Position numbers and translations under genes: made by a program. DNA of 64,000 nucleotides. Source: Macrostomum lignano (taxonomy: Eukaryota). Location of the stretch: NCBI GenBank assembly GCA_002269645.1, contig NIVC01002471.1:62001-126000 (forward strand). Direction: 5' to 3'. Below, one piece after another: positions 26,501 through 38,425 of this stretch; positions within the stretch are counted from its first letter, which is position 1; each line of letters opens with the position of its first letter. Below the pieces are notes generated by a model. That model saw only the letters and a list, made by a program, of their open reading frames with translations. It had not been told where the DNA came from and did not search any database.

Positions 26501-29349
26501 GTCAGTTAGACGCTTTGGCTTCGGAATCTTCTGGTCAGCAGGGTGACAATGAAAAATGTAATCATCACCTTCGGAAGGTGGGCACGACCAGATGTGCGCA
26601 AACGCATAGCCAAGCTTCTTTACATAATCTAAGTAGCCAATCAGAATTTCGTGGTACACATCGGTGCGATACTTTCGAGGTTGAAAGTAGTGAACCGAAT
26701 CTAAGTAAGCAACGTACACACGTCGGCAGTTTGGCTGAGGACAGTTAGATCCATATTCTTGCACATGGAGTCCAAAAAAGCAAACGTCAACACCATCCTG
26801 GTCCTGGAAGGCGAAGATCGCCTTGGAGCGGAATGTAAACGACTCAGGAAACGATCCTGCGTCTGTAAATCTTGATCGCATTAGAGGCTTGACCTCGCAT
26901 TGCTTGTCAACATTCGACAAGACGCGGATGTGCACAGCTCCAGCATTCGTTTCCTTTTTCTTTAGGAAATCGTTGACTCTTTTCTCTAGGAACTCACTAA
27001 GGATGCAAGGACTGAGCTTCTTTGCAGTGAAACGATTCTCGCGTTTTACGATCTTCTTTGAAGAAATACAGGTCGGGCACACGAAGCCACTTGGGTAGAT
27101 TTCGTCCATGTGTAGTGCGCAGATACAGTGCCACTTACGGCCGCACTCTCTACACTGACAAAACTTCTCCATATCTTTTATGTTGTTTTTCTTCTGCTCA
27201 AACTCAGACTTCGGCACTCTCACAGGTTGTTGGCTTGAAATGTCTTCGTAGATGTCAACAAACTCAACAGACTTGACAAAGCAAGACTCACAAAAGTGAT
27301 ATTTATCACAACTGAGACCAGGGTATGCAGCGCGGTCTTTCTTCACGAAAGTATAGTAGGTTTGATCCTTCTGGATAGTGCAGCTGTTCGGCGAGAAACA
27401 GTAGAGCACTTTAGGCTCAAAAACGTACTCAGTGGCGCAGCAGAACCCAAGGTCTTTCATAACTTTATCTGCCTCTTCCACGAAGATGCTGTTAAGCGTT
27501 GAGCAATATCGATACACTTTTGATGACTTCTTATTATAGAGCCAGGCATTGTTAAACATAAGCCAAAAGTCTCCAACAACTTCCCATGGATCCTTGTAGC
27601 TGCCATCTTGAAGCTTCTTGCTGATGGTAGACAAGTCCATTGGATTCTTCACGATCGAAGGATAATCCGGTATGCCAAGCTGAATCGGATCCACTGGCCT
27701 CTGGAAAGGAAACGAGTCTGGCTCGCTACTGTACAATTTTTCATATACTGGATGAAACGCCCTCATCAGTTCTTCTCGGCTCCATCGTTTTGGATCTCGA
27801 GGCACCTTAGGTTGAATGCGCTGAGAAGTCGATGCTTCTGATGGGTCTTGCTTGATATCTTCCTGCTTCACCTCTACTTTCACTGGAGTAGTAAGTGAAA
27901 CTGTCTCATTACTACGACCGTCCGAAACTGATGATTCATCGAGCTCTGACTTTACTTCTGATTTGACAACTTCAGCACCCTTTGGCTGTTCTTCTCTCAT
28001 GGTAACGTCAACGCTACCGGAGGAGCTATTTTCAAACTTTTTAATAGCTTGAATAAAGTTTCGCTCCGCCACGTCAACAGCTGAAAGCGTGTTGTCATCA
28101 CCAACTCCAACACAATCAGTTGGCACAGTAGTAGCACTCGTAGTGCGTGGCATTGTAAGCATTCCGTCGCTGATAGACGTAGCTGACACTGGTACTTGAT
28201 TTGAAACAGTTGCCGGAGTGCCTGTCTGAGATGTAGACGGCTGCACTGAATTTGCGCCAGTGCCAGTTGGGCGCTGTGCATTTCCTCCAGTCTGGCCAGT
28301 GCTGCGGGATCGCCTTTTTTCTTCCAGTTCCTTGTGAATCTTAAAGCATTTTTCAGCTAAAAGATGAAAGTACTCCTCTTTGTTTCTTGCTGAGCTGTAC
28401 ATTTCCCGCTCGACCTTTCTAGCATACTCAATTAGGTTAGTCATGCGCGGGTCCTTGTATGCCTCAGGGTCTGGAGATGGAAAGATTGTTTGCACAATAC
28501 GACGCACAAGATGATGGCGCATATCGTTTGTGACTTCCACCTGCCAACCGCCTCCAGCACTTGTGCTGCTGCTAGTAGTGACCACTGCTTGGGAAGGAGG
28601 TTGCAAAGGCTGCGTACGTGCCTGCACCTGTGGCTGTTGCGGAGACTGCTTTGGAACAGACGCAGGCTGAACGACTTGTTGAATATGATTTGGAATTTGT
28701 GGAACAGTAGGCGTCATGTTGATAGTCCGACCTGGAGGTATTGGCGCAGCCATCCGAATAACCTGTGGCTGTTGTGTTGTAGGCTGCTGCCAGTGCACAA
28801 TGGCACCATAACCAGGGGCAGGAACTGAATTCGGCTGCACTAGGCCTTGGTTCGTTAGTGGCATTGGCTGGCCTGGCGGACGAATCGGATGCACTTGCAT
28901 TGATGCAGGCTGCGGAATAGCTTGAGCTGGCTGTTGAGGTCGGAAGGGCGGCTGTGCAGAAGGAGGCACTACTACTTGTTGCTGAGGCAGTGACGGCTGC
29001 ACCTGCGTCCGATTCTGACTCTTCAGCGGCTCGCAAACAGGGCAGCTAGGGTTGGTACAGTTCTTCCAATGATTTAGGATCTGCCGACTACTCGCGCAGT
29101 GAGGTGTTGGACAGGATTTTCCTTCAGTGCATTGCTGCATATGATGCAGAACATTTCGCATTGTTTCACAGTGAGCAAGGGTACAATTCTGCTTGCATTT
29201 GTGCGCATGAAGAAGAAGCACAAGCTGTTGTTGTATCAGCTTTCGCTTGTCTGGATCGCCAGATACTCCTCCGGGTGGTGGCTGGCCACCAAGTTGCAGT
29301 CCAGCAGGAAGCTGGGCCGACTGGCCGGGTGCGCCCATGGGTCGCATCC
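23547..29349 (-). CDS. CBP: CREB-binding protein / p300 histone acetyltransferase
   Basis: Domains in order: TAZ1 ([18 protein letters not shown]), KIX ([14 protein letters not shown]...[10 protein letters not shown]), bromodomain ([10 protein letters not shown]), RING, PHD, HAT ([33 protein letters not shown]), ZZ, TAZ2 and a Q-rich/NCBD-like tail. Predicted exons 29349-26095, 25978-25344, 25099-24772, 24672-24458 and 23933-23547, with consistent phases. Confidence 0.97.
24180..24380. repeat. Dispersed repeat in a CBP intron, with a second copy at ~36545-36745
   Basis: Both copies share ...TGTCTAGCTC(T/A)ATCT...TTATCTCTC...TGATTGGCT...CACCTCT...AGTCG...TTATCT...CCCTAAATT(G/T)AATG; roughly 70% identical by eye. 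Confidence 0.5.
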
Positions 29350-29485
29350 CTGAAAAGTAATATTCGTTTTGAGGTTTACAAGGCTAAGGGTAAGTTGCAA
29401 ACGAAATTACATTTTCAGTACATTACATTGCAAAACCAAGTCACATGGCTAGTGCAATTATAGAAGTTGCACATATATAGAAATA

Positions 29486-30382
29486 CGAGGTGTCAGGAAA
29501 AGTTACAGGACTGTACCTACAGCACAGCTTCTGGATGCACTATCAATTTGCAGCTTGTTGCAGGCTGTAGCAGCATATAATAGGAGCTCTGTCCTGCAAT
29601 TTCAGCTGATCATCGCTTTTGTGCCAATCTGTGCTTTACGTTAAGTAAGTTTTTAACAATCGTTGTGCCAATGAGCACTCAAACAACGAACCAATCTAAA
29701 ATTTCTGGTCCGATAAAAAATCGCCTTTGGAAGCACTTGTACTGTTGCAACAAGTGTATGGAGATAATGCTGTCTTGCTGCCGAGTTTTTTAGTGGCACA
29801 AATGATTTAAGGAGGGGCGGGAGGAGGTCGAGGACGACACCAGGAGTGGAAGACCTTCAATGTCGTATTTCAGAGGAGTTGTCCATATGGAGTTTCTGTG
29901 CCAAGGCCAAACCATCAATCAGCATGTGTACGAGTACAAAGGGATCCTTCAGCAACTGCTTCCCTCAATGCGAGACAAGAGACGCGATTTATGGTAAGCC
30001 AACTTGTAGTTCCTTCATCAGGACAATGTGCCAGCTCACAATGTTTTAAGTGTCAGGGAGTATCTTGGGAATAGGAATATCACTGCTAAACCAGCTTCCA
30101 TATTCACGCAATCTAGCTCTGTGCAATTTTTCCCTATTTTCCAAGCTCAACGAGGTTACTCAATTTCTTGACATTGATACCTTCAGAAGGGCCACAACAA
30201 TGAAACTGCAAAGTTAGTCAGTCCCAAAAAAGCCTTCCAGGGCTGCATGGAGGCCTGGCGCAGAATGGACAAGTGCATTGGGCTCAGGGGGAGTACTTTG
30301 AAGGAGCCAGATTTGATTTTGATTGATTTCTGCTAATAAAGTTTCTATGACTTCAGTTCTGGAACTTTTCTGACATACCTCA
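29486..30382 (+). mobile_element. Decayed mariner (DD34D-type) transposon
   Basis: TA|CGAGGTGTCAGGAAAAGTTACAGGACTG pairs with the right-end TIR (rc TGAGGTATGTCAGAAAAGTTCCAGAACTG). Broken frames give QRTNLKFL..LQQVYGDNAV..WHK*FKEGREEVEDDTRSGRP, GQTINQ, LHQDNVPAH and PYSRNLALCNF. Confidence 0.85.
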
Positions 30383-30492
30383 AAAATGACTTGCAAAATT
30401 TTAGCTAAGTATATATATACATATTATATTTATTTATTTGATAAAGCAAACAATAGATAAGCTAGATTATGCTTATCTACAATAGAGCCAAT

Positions 30493-30662
30493 CATGCTTG
30501 GGCGCAACCTTTGGATTCACTCAGCCATTTCTATTGGCAACATACACGTATGTCGCTATTGGACAGAATAGTAGTCGCGTGACTGCTCTCAGCCAATAGC
30601 GACTTACATGTGTGTGTTGCCAATAAAAATGGCCGGGTGATTCCTAAGGTTGCGCATGTATG
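30493..30662. mobile_element. Fully palindromic ~170-bp element (MITE-like hairpin)
   Basis: Arms 30502-30576 and 30581-30655 are imperfect reverse complements around a 4-nt loop. The element is flanked by the direct repeat GAGCCAAT (30485-30492, 30663-30670). Confidence 0.65.
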
Positions 30663-31489
30663 GAGCCAATGCTAAACTATATTACTTATTTAATTATTTA
30701 AACATTTAATACTTATAATACTATAGACATTGCTTTTGCGATACAAATTGGAAACAAATATTAGTGGTCTATATATAAACAAAATGATTGAAAATATGAA
30801 ATATAAAAGAAACTACACAAAGGAAAGTAACATAAAAATGTTCTACTTTGATATATCAAATGGTAATATATTATAAAAGGTCATTAAAATTATTCAACCA
30901 TTGTAAACTATAGACAAAACATTACTAGAATACATTAAGAAGAGTTTCATATATATAAGGTTCCAAAATCAAACTTTTATTTGATTATGACCCCAATTGT
31001 GGCCAAGATATATTTGCAAATGGCAATCTAGTAGAATTAAAAAATAGGTTGATAGGCAAGCCTACTAAAACTTAAGTACCCTAGCAAAGATAGAAAGATT
31101 TGCTTTGTTTGCAAATTTCAAAAACTATATAGTTTTCCATGTAGTCTACTACACTTAAAAGAACAATTAAAATAAGATAACCTATGGCTTCATTAAAGAT
31201 CATAATAACTTTGAATAAAAATTCTAAATTAAAGATAAAGATCAATTCTTTAAACAAATTAAGATAAATTAAAAATATAGATTCTACCTTGTTGCCTTAA
31301 AATTATATCTACAATGCTTGATTGTTGATTATATTAAGGGTTGTCTTATATAAGACTTTTAAAAGAAAACTAAATATTTTAAAAAGCATTATAGGTAAAT
31401 AAATGTCTCTTATTTGGTTAATAAGCCTAATATATAATACAACTATCAACAAATTATAAACTTTTAAGTGCTTTATAAATTATTATATT

Positions 31490-31845
31490 TTTTTATTAGA
31501 GGCAGGGGGGTTGTATGCACCCTGGCGCACTTTAAGCGACATAGGCACACAACCGACAAGAGGGATTACTGCCCATTCTACCAACTCCCCTGAGCAAGCA
31601 TATAAGCGTGCAGATATGTATGCAGGCACATACTCACAGGAGTGTTAGCAGCCCTAACTTTATATTATTGTTGGGCATGTATACTTCACTGCGCCTTTGG
31701 GGGTTGGCTTTCAAGGCTGTTAATTGCATGAGAAGAGCCAAGCCAAGATTCCAATTCAGCCCTAAATTAATGTGACTGCACTCGGAATCAAGCTTGGGTC
31801 GCTGGCATACTAGAGCAGCTGCACTGCCACTAGACTATGGCCCCC
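31490..31845 (-). mobile_element. Near full-length tRNA-derived SINE (family B)
   Basis: The minus strand starts GGGGGCCATAGTCTAGTGGC (A box) ... GCTTGATTCC (degenerate B box), continues through the central domain shared with 590-735 and 18560-18775, and ends GCGCCAGGGTGCATACAACCCCCCTGCC plus an A-rich end. The tail also occurs at 16445-16500 and 55831-55900. Confidence 0.7.
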
Positions 31846-32995
31846 AAATCATTATGTTTGTACAATATAAACATTTTAATTTTCATAAATAATGGTTATT
31901 ATTTAAAAGAACCTAGAAGCATAATCCAGCTTCTGATATTTTCAGAAGGCCCATAACAATGAAACTGCAATATATTCCCAAAATAGCTTTGATATCTTGG
32001 TTCTTTAGATTATGCTTCTATGACATGGTTTTTAATTTATAAACATACTTTAAAATAAAAAGAAATTAAGTTTTGGGTAATTTCAAATATAAAATATTGA
32101 TGCTTGTATATTAAACTAAAGGCACTATTGGATTTCTATCCTTCAAATATTTTTGTTTTTGTACTTTCTATTTTGCAATTTAGCCTCACTTTTCAATTAG
32201 CTATCTCTCTTAGTGTGTCATGCTTTTTCCAATAGATAGTCTTAACCATTAATTTACTACAGATAATTTAGCTAACCTGTTCATTATATTAGTATAAATA
32301 TAAATTCAACTTGCGACTTCTGTATTTGTCCTTTGCTTCTTTTCTTTTTTGCCCTATTAATCATTAATATTTTTAGTTAAATGTCTATTTGATAAGTTCT
32401 AAATATATCAAATCCCTATATACTAAAAATGAAAATCTTGCTTGCTTGCAATTGTCATTACTAATATTATATTATTAATAAGTCAATAAATGCAAATCCA
32501 AAAAAATTGAATACGGGATAGAAATTATTAAGTTATTATACTCAATAAAGGGGAAAAAATCAAATCAAATTTAAAAAATCAAATTCAATAAAGGGAAAAA
32601 GGTAGGCCTTGTGTGCCCCTTCTAAATCTGCCACTATTAAGTTAATCAATAGCTATATATGAAATCTTTTGAGAAAAAAATGTTTTAGGTTTAATACAAA
32701 AACATAATATATTTTTTAACATTTTAAATCAATTTATAAATTAATATTTCTAAATTAATAGATTTACAACTATAAACAAAAAGCAATAAATATTCACTAA
32801 TATATTTACAATTACTTGATTAACTCAGTTTCATTATACCAAAATAAATCTGTTTATTATCTAATATTTTTTAACTTTATTAAAAAATTCATATAAAAAA
32901 TTACAAATGTCATCAATTGATTTTATGAAACTTGCATTATTCAAACATTTTCCTATGAAAGTATGTCTTAGCAAAAGCAATATAAAGTTAATATA

Positions 32996-33978
32996 CGAGG
33001 AGTGTCCAAAAAGTAGTGATACTTTTAACCATAGCTCTCGTTCTATAGCTTCCTGTGATTTAAAATTTTATGAATTGATAGCGGCAAATCTCTTCTATAG
33101 ACTGCTTTTTGAATTTTTAAAATTGATACCAGAGAACAAAAGTTATACCCATGAAAGTAACAGTACCTGTATCATAGAGTTATACAAATTATAGACTGAG
33201 CTTCACGAGATCCATGCTGAGTAAGCTTCAATGAATTGTTGATTTCGGCTTGTCCAACCTGTCAGCAATCTCTCTAATGGTCATTCGGGAGTCCTCATCA
33301 AGAAGATTCAGAATGGAGTCCGCCAGTACATTAGGTCAATGAAGTATAGCCGCCCCGTCCAATGCTGATCTGCCAAGTCAGTCCTTCCCTTGCTGAACTG
33401 CTCCATCCATTGATAAACTGTCATTTTGCTGACCACAGAGGATCCATGCACAGAGCAAAGTTTGCCTAAATTTCTGAGGCACTATGGCCAGCACCCCAAA
33501 GAGTGAAGATAGTACTTTGCTGAGCAACAACTGAGTGTACATCTATGTGTGTTGTCAAGTATGGGCAATGAAATCAATTGCAAAATGCAAGCTCCTCTGT
33601 TTGCAAGTAAAGTAATGAATTTAATGCTTTATTTTTCTGCGCATGATTCTGTCCATAGACAAATTTCAGTCAGTCACAGTGAGCATCATTTTGCAATTGG
33701 GCTTTGTTATTGCTTAAACAAGACATTTATCAATGCCTTCTTAATGAATAAGTGCAAAAGTTGACTATCATAAATTTTGATATAGTTTGTGTAACTCTAT
33801 GATACAGGTACTGTTACTTTTGTGGGTATAACTTTTGTTCTCCGGTATCAATTTTAAAAATTCAAAAAGTAGTCTGTAGAAGAGATTTGCCGCTATCAGT
33901 TCATAAAATTTTAAATCACAGGAAGCTATAGAATGAGAGCTACAGTTAAAAGTATCACTACTTTTTGGATACCCCTTG
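32996..33978 (-). mobile_element. Internally deleted mariner-like element with ~200-bp TIRs
   Basis: TA-flanked at both ends; 32996-33195 is the reverse complement of 33781-33978 with about a dozen mismatches. The minus-strand interior gives TVYQWMEQFSKGRTDLADQHWTGR and DEDSRMTIREIADRL...STIH (mariner HTH motifs). Confidence 0.85.
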
Positions 33979-36900
33979 TAGATAAAAAAACTATATTGTT
34001 AACTTCAAAATTAAGACTAACACTAACTACTTAAGAAATTGATTATTATAAGTGTTTCATATGAACTTTATTTTAACAAACTTGATTCTAACATATGATT
34101 TTACATTGATTCTAATATGATTATTATATAACAAACTTGATCTAACAAATTCATATTATTAAAATGATATAAACTAGGGTTTAGACACAAATAGACTAGT
34201 AATAAACTGCTAATTCAAATGGTCACATGGATTCAGTTTTTTAGAATCTAATTTTTATGCAAAATTTTTGTAATATCAAGAAAATTAAAAAAATTAATAA
34301 AAAATTTAAGTTGTATCATGTTGAAAATTAAGAAAAAATTAAATAAAAAACTAAATAAATACTATACAAATCATAAATAAAAGAATAATAATCTAAATTC
34401 AAAATAGTAAGAATAGTCATAAAAATAAAAAGTATCATATAAAACATATAATAAATATTGCATAAAACTTAAAAAATTTTATGTAAAATATAAAACAGCT
34501 TTTATATTTTATTGCTAATGTAAGACCAAGATTACTATATACCAAGACTACTATACTTGTCACTTTTTAGGGGGAGCTAGGGGAGGAATTTGGCTTAATA
34601 TATTATTGGATTATACTAGAACCAAGAGAAGATAAGTGGATAAAAGAACCAATAGGACAAAGATATGAGAAAAGAGCCTACAAAAGAAATAACAATGAAT
34701 ATTGCTATATTGCTATAAGCAGTCAATGAACATAACAATATTAGAATATTAGTAGCTTTTCCTTAATACCAATAGCCAATAATAGCTATAGCAGTCTTAG
34801 TCATGCACCTTTATTATTATATTGGTAACTACAATATTATATTTATATTTGATATATAAGCTTAATATTTAAACAGTTTTTTTTAATTCAACATACTCAA
34901 AATTATATAATAATTTTTTGGCTTTAACTATTATCACTATTATACATATTTAACAAATAATTTTAGTAATTATAAACAAAATAATAGTACAAAGAGACTA
35001 CCTACAGACTAATTAGGTTTAATCTCAACTCTTGATTAAATCTTAATTGTTAGGAAAGCATAGATCTTGACTAGAGTCTTGCAAATCTTGAAAATATGAT
35101 ATCATGTAATATTTAATATTAGACAAAAATTAGTTAAAATCAAAATGTTACACAAAAAATAATATCAAAACAAGTTTTTAGGCAAGATGATCACAATGTT
35201 TAATAAACAAAATGCATGACAAAATTCTTGAAAATTTATTATATAAAAAGTTTGGTAAACAGTAGACCTAACTTAAATTTATAACTTCTAGTTTTGTATT
35301 ATTTAACTAATTTTTAAAAGTTATATCTTACTTTTGCTAAGATAAATAAGACAATAAGACTTATAAAATAGAATGGAAAAACTACTAAAAAAGGTAACTT
35401 TTAAAATCCCACTGGAGTCAATGAACACAGTTGTGGAAAACTATTATACCATTATAGCTATTTTTACCATTATTTTTTAGCTAAGTTCAGATATTCAATT
35501 GTAATTTTTTTATTTAAACTTGAACTGAATTGAACTGAATCGTCTAAGACGATTATACACTAAAGCATCACGATAATGCAAAAAATACAGTCAAGAGGCA
35601 TAATTGTGAATTTTTTGTTATTAAATTGATTGAAATTACCGATACAGCAATAGGTTTAAAAAGCATATCGTTGGACCCCTATTTATTTACTGATTTAAAG
35701 TAATAAAGTTTAGGTATTTGTCTTTTCTCCTAACCGCATTAGATATATTACTAACTTCCTATATTTTGTGGTTAATAGTTTAAACGAACTCTATACAGTT
35801 ATTACCTAAATCTGCACGCTATGTACCGTGTTGCATAAAAAGGCTTATATTATTAAGAGTTAAAATTTAAACCGCTATACTGATCAAGTCAATTCACACA
35901 AAAGTAGATTTTATGTATAAGTATTAGTAAGCGAAAAATAAAAGTAAATTTTTTATGTCTAATTACACTTGATAAAGTAATTATTTCTCTTTGTGTTACA
36001 AGTTACAACATTTTGTTTTAAACAGCATAAAACTTTTTGAACGACTAGACTGTGCGCATTATCTAGGTTTGAACTACCACGTTGTCATTCAAACTGAAAA
36101 ATAATGCGGTAAACCTTTTCATTCGATTTAAATGAAAATTTCTCCTTCCTAATACATTTCCAGTAAACAAAAACCTATATTGCAGTGAAATATATCACAC
36201 AAAGAAATTGAGTCAAATTATTTTTGCTTTCGCTTCGATCAGCAGTTTGACGTGAAAAAACTAGCTAAAAACAGTAACCGAGAATTTAAGAAAGAAAATT
36301 AATGGAACTATTCAATAAGAATTCTGGTAAGGGCCATATGTCGATTTGATGAATGATTTCTCAAGTCTTAAAAGTTATTGAATAGCTACTGTACGTGTGT
36401 ACATGTATGATCATTGATCAGGCCCACGGAGAAAAGCACAGAATTCCTCTCACTATACATGTAAATATCAATTGGCGTTATCACTGTCGGATAGGTCAAT
36501 CCAGTATAAAAAGCTGTGGATGTCGTGACTTTCCTATTTCATTTCTTAGTTCACCTTCACTTGTCTCGTTTACTCTGTTTTCTCTCTGTCTAGCTCAATC
36601 TTGTTATTGATCTTATCTCTCTCTCCCTTGCTGCCTTCTGATTGGCTCTCCATTCGCACCTCTCTCTTTAGTCGCGCACTCCACCCTCTATTATCTTCAA
36701 TTCAACCCCCCCCCCCCTGCAATTTAATGTCATATAAATAACTTGGTTTAATGTCATTAAATAACTGGTTTGGGCCCTGCGCCCACTTACTGGCTCCTCT
36801 TAGTATTCAATTTAACATCTAATTTAGTTCTAGTATTTTTATTCTTATTATTTTCTCTACAGTGGAATAATGGAAATTTTAAGGAGTACTACTTAATTAT

Positions 36901-37832
36901 TTAAGTTGTGATCAGTAGGCTCTGCAGATCGTCGCATGGAAATCAAACATTTTTTCAGGGTGCCAAAATATTAATAGGCACCTGCTGCGCCAAGAGCTTG
37001 TGTTTAGCTTTGTAAGATTACCAGAAAATCCAAACGACACCGTGCCCTCTTTGATTCTCAATGGTCGTACGAGCTTGTATCTTGAATGCAATACTCTGGT
37101 TTAGCTGAGTGATGTTCGACGTTTGCTGTCGTTTGATACGTAATATGTAATATTACGTAATATGTAAATACATGTATATTAAGAAATCACTTTGACGATA
37201 AATTATCGCAGCATTTGATATAGAGAAAGATATTATATTGTAGCTCTCGTAAGTTATAGAGGCTTAAAATTTTTAAAATAATATAGAATTCAAAAATAAT
37301 TTCCACAACAAAATTGGCTAAAATTGATGCACACATTAAAACTACTACAGGTAATATTTGTACATATGCAATTACGGCAAATACAATACTTCAAAACGAA
37401 AAGCGGAGGCCACAGCTGTACTAGTCTTAAGAAATCCAGCTGAAAGACTGCAAAAAGCTGATGAAGTCAATAAAATTTAAAGAAAACAAATATGGAAAAG
37501 ATCGCGCAATCAACTTAAACCTTATAGACAGAACAAAAAATAAATGAAGAATTTTAACCTAACTAGTATAGTGGCCAATTGCAAATCGCATTCCTTCAAT
37601 GGCATCTTTTGACCTCTAAACTGGAAGAAAAATGATATCTCTGTGTCTCATTCCCTTAATTCTTAGTCCTAACTGGGAAAAATATCCTATAGGAGTGCTG
37701 CAAAGGTCTGCTGAAAACGTAAATTTTTTTACTGTAATTTGCCTACGTGGTTTCACTCGGCCCTTTATTGTATTAAAATTATAAAAATATGAGAAATTTA
37801 CCTCTAAATTCGCACTGATAATGAAACTAATA

Positions 37833-38098
37833 GGATTGTAGCCTAGTGGTTAGAGCGTTTTGGTTCGATTCTCGATCCACCCGGAAAAATTTGTGATTGG
37901 CCCCTTAAGACACTTAACTGCATTGCTTCAGTTCGCCTATTCTGTAAAGTGGGTGCCAGCATTGGGTGGGGTAATTGAGGGTGTGTGGCGACCCCCCAGT
38001 CCTTGGACTGAACAGCCGTACGCAGCCTTCAGATACGCCGCGCAATAGCTGCGGCTGAGCTGTCGGTTGCACATCTGGCCATTAGGGCAGGTGTAATC
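37833..38098 (+). mobile_element. tRNA-derived CORE-type SINE (family A), copy 2
   Basis: A box GTAGCCTAGTGGTTAGAGCG and B box GGTTCGATTC, then AAGACACTTAACTGCATTGCTTCAG...CTGTAAAGTGGG; the 3' part matches 2740-2905. Confidence 0.75.
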
Positions 38099-38425
38099 AA
38101 TTCGTCCTAATCAATTGAAACTGATAGCTACTCTTGTAAATTAGATCGACAACATATGAGTTCCCAACACCGCACTGCATCAACGTGTCGGCCAGGTCCG
38201 TCCAAGTGACTTGTTGTGCCATCCATCGGCAACTACAGCTGGCAGGCTGCTTCATCCGCCATGAGTCGTACAGCCAGAAGCGCCATGTGACGCTAATGTC
38301 TTTATGGACTGAACTAACTGACAGCGTATTTGAGTGTTGTTGGTGACGCTCGCTGTTGTTACAATTTGCGAAGCGGTTCAAATTATTGCAAAAATAAACG
38401 AGGCTAGATATTTGAGAAAAGTCCG

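Noticed and set aside
37833-37880. tRNA gene (also 31775-31845 on the minus strand)
   Set aside because: A and B boxes are present, but there is no complete cloverleaf or acceptor stem, and the sequence continues into a SINE body.
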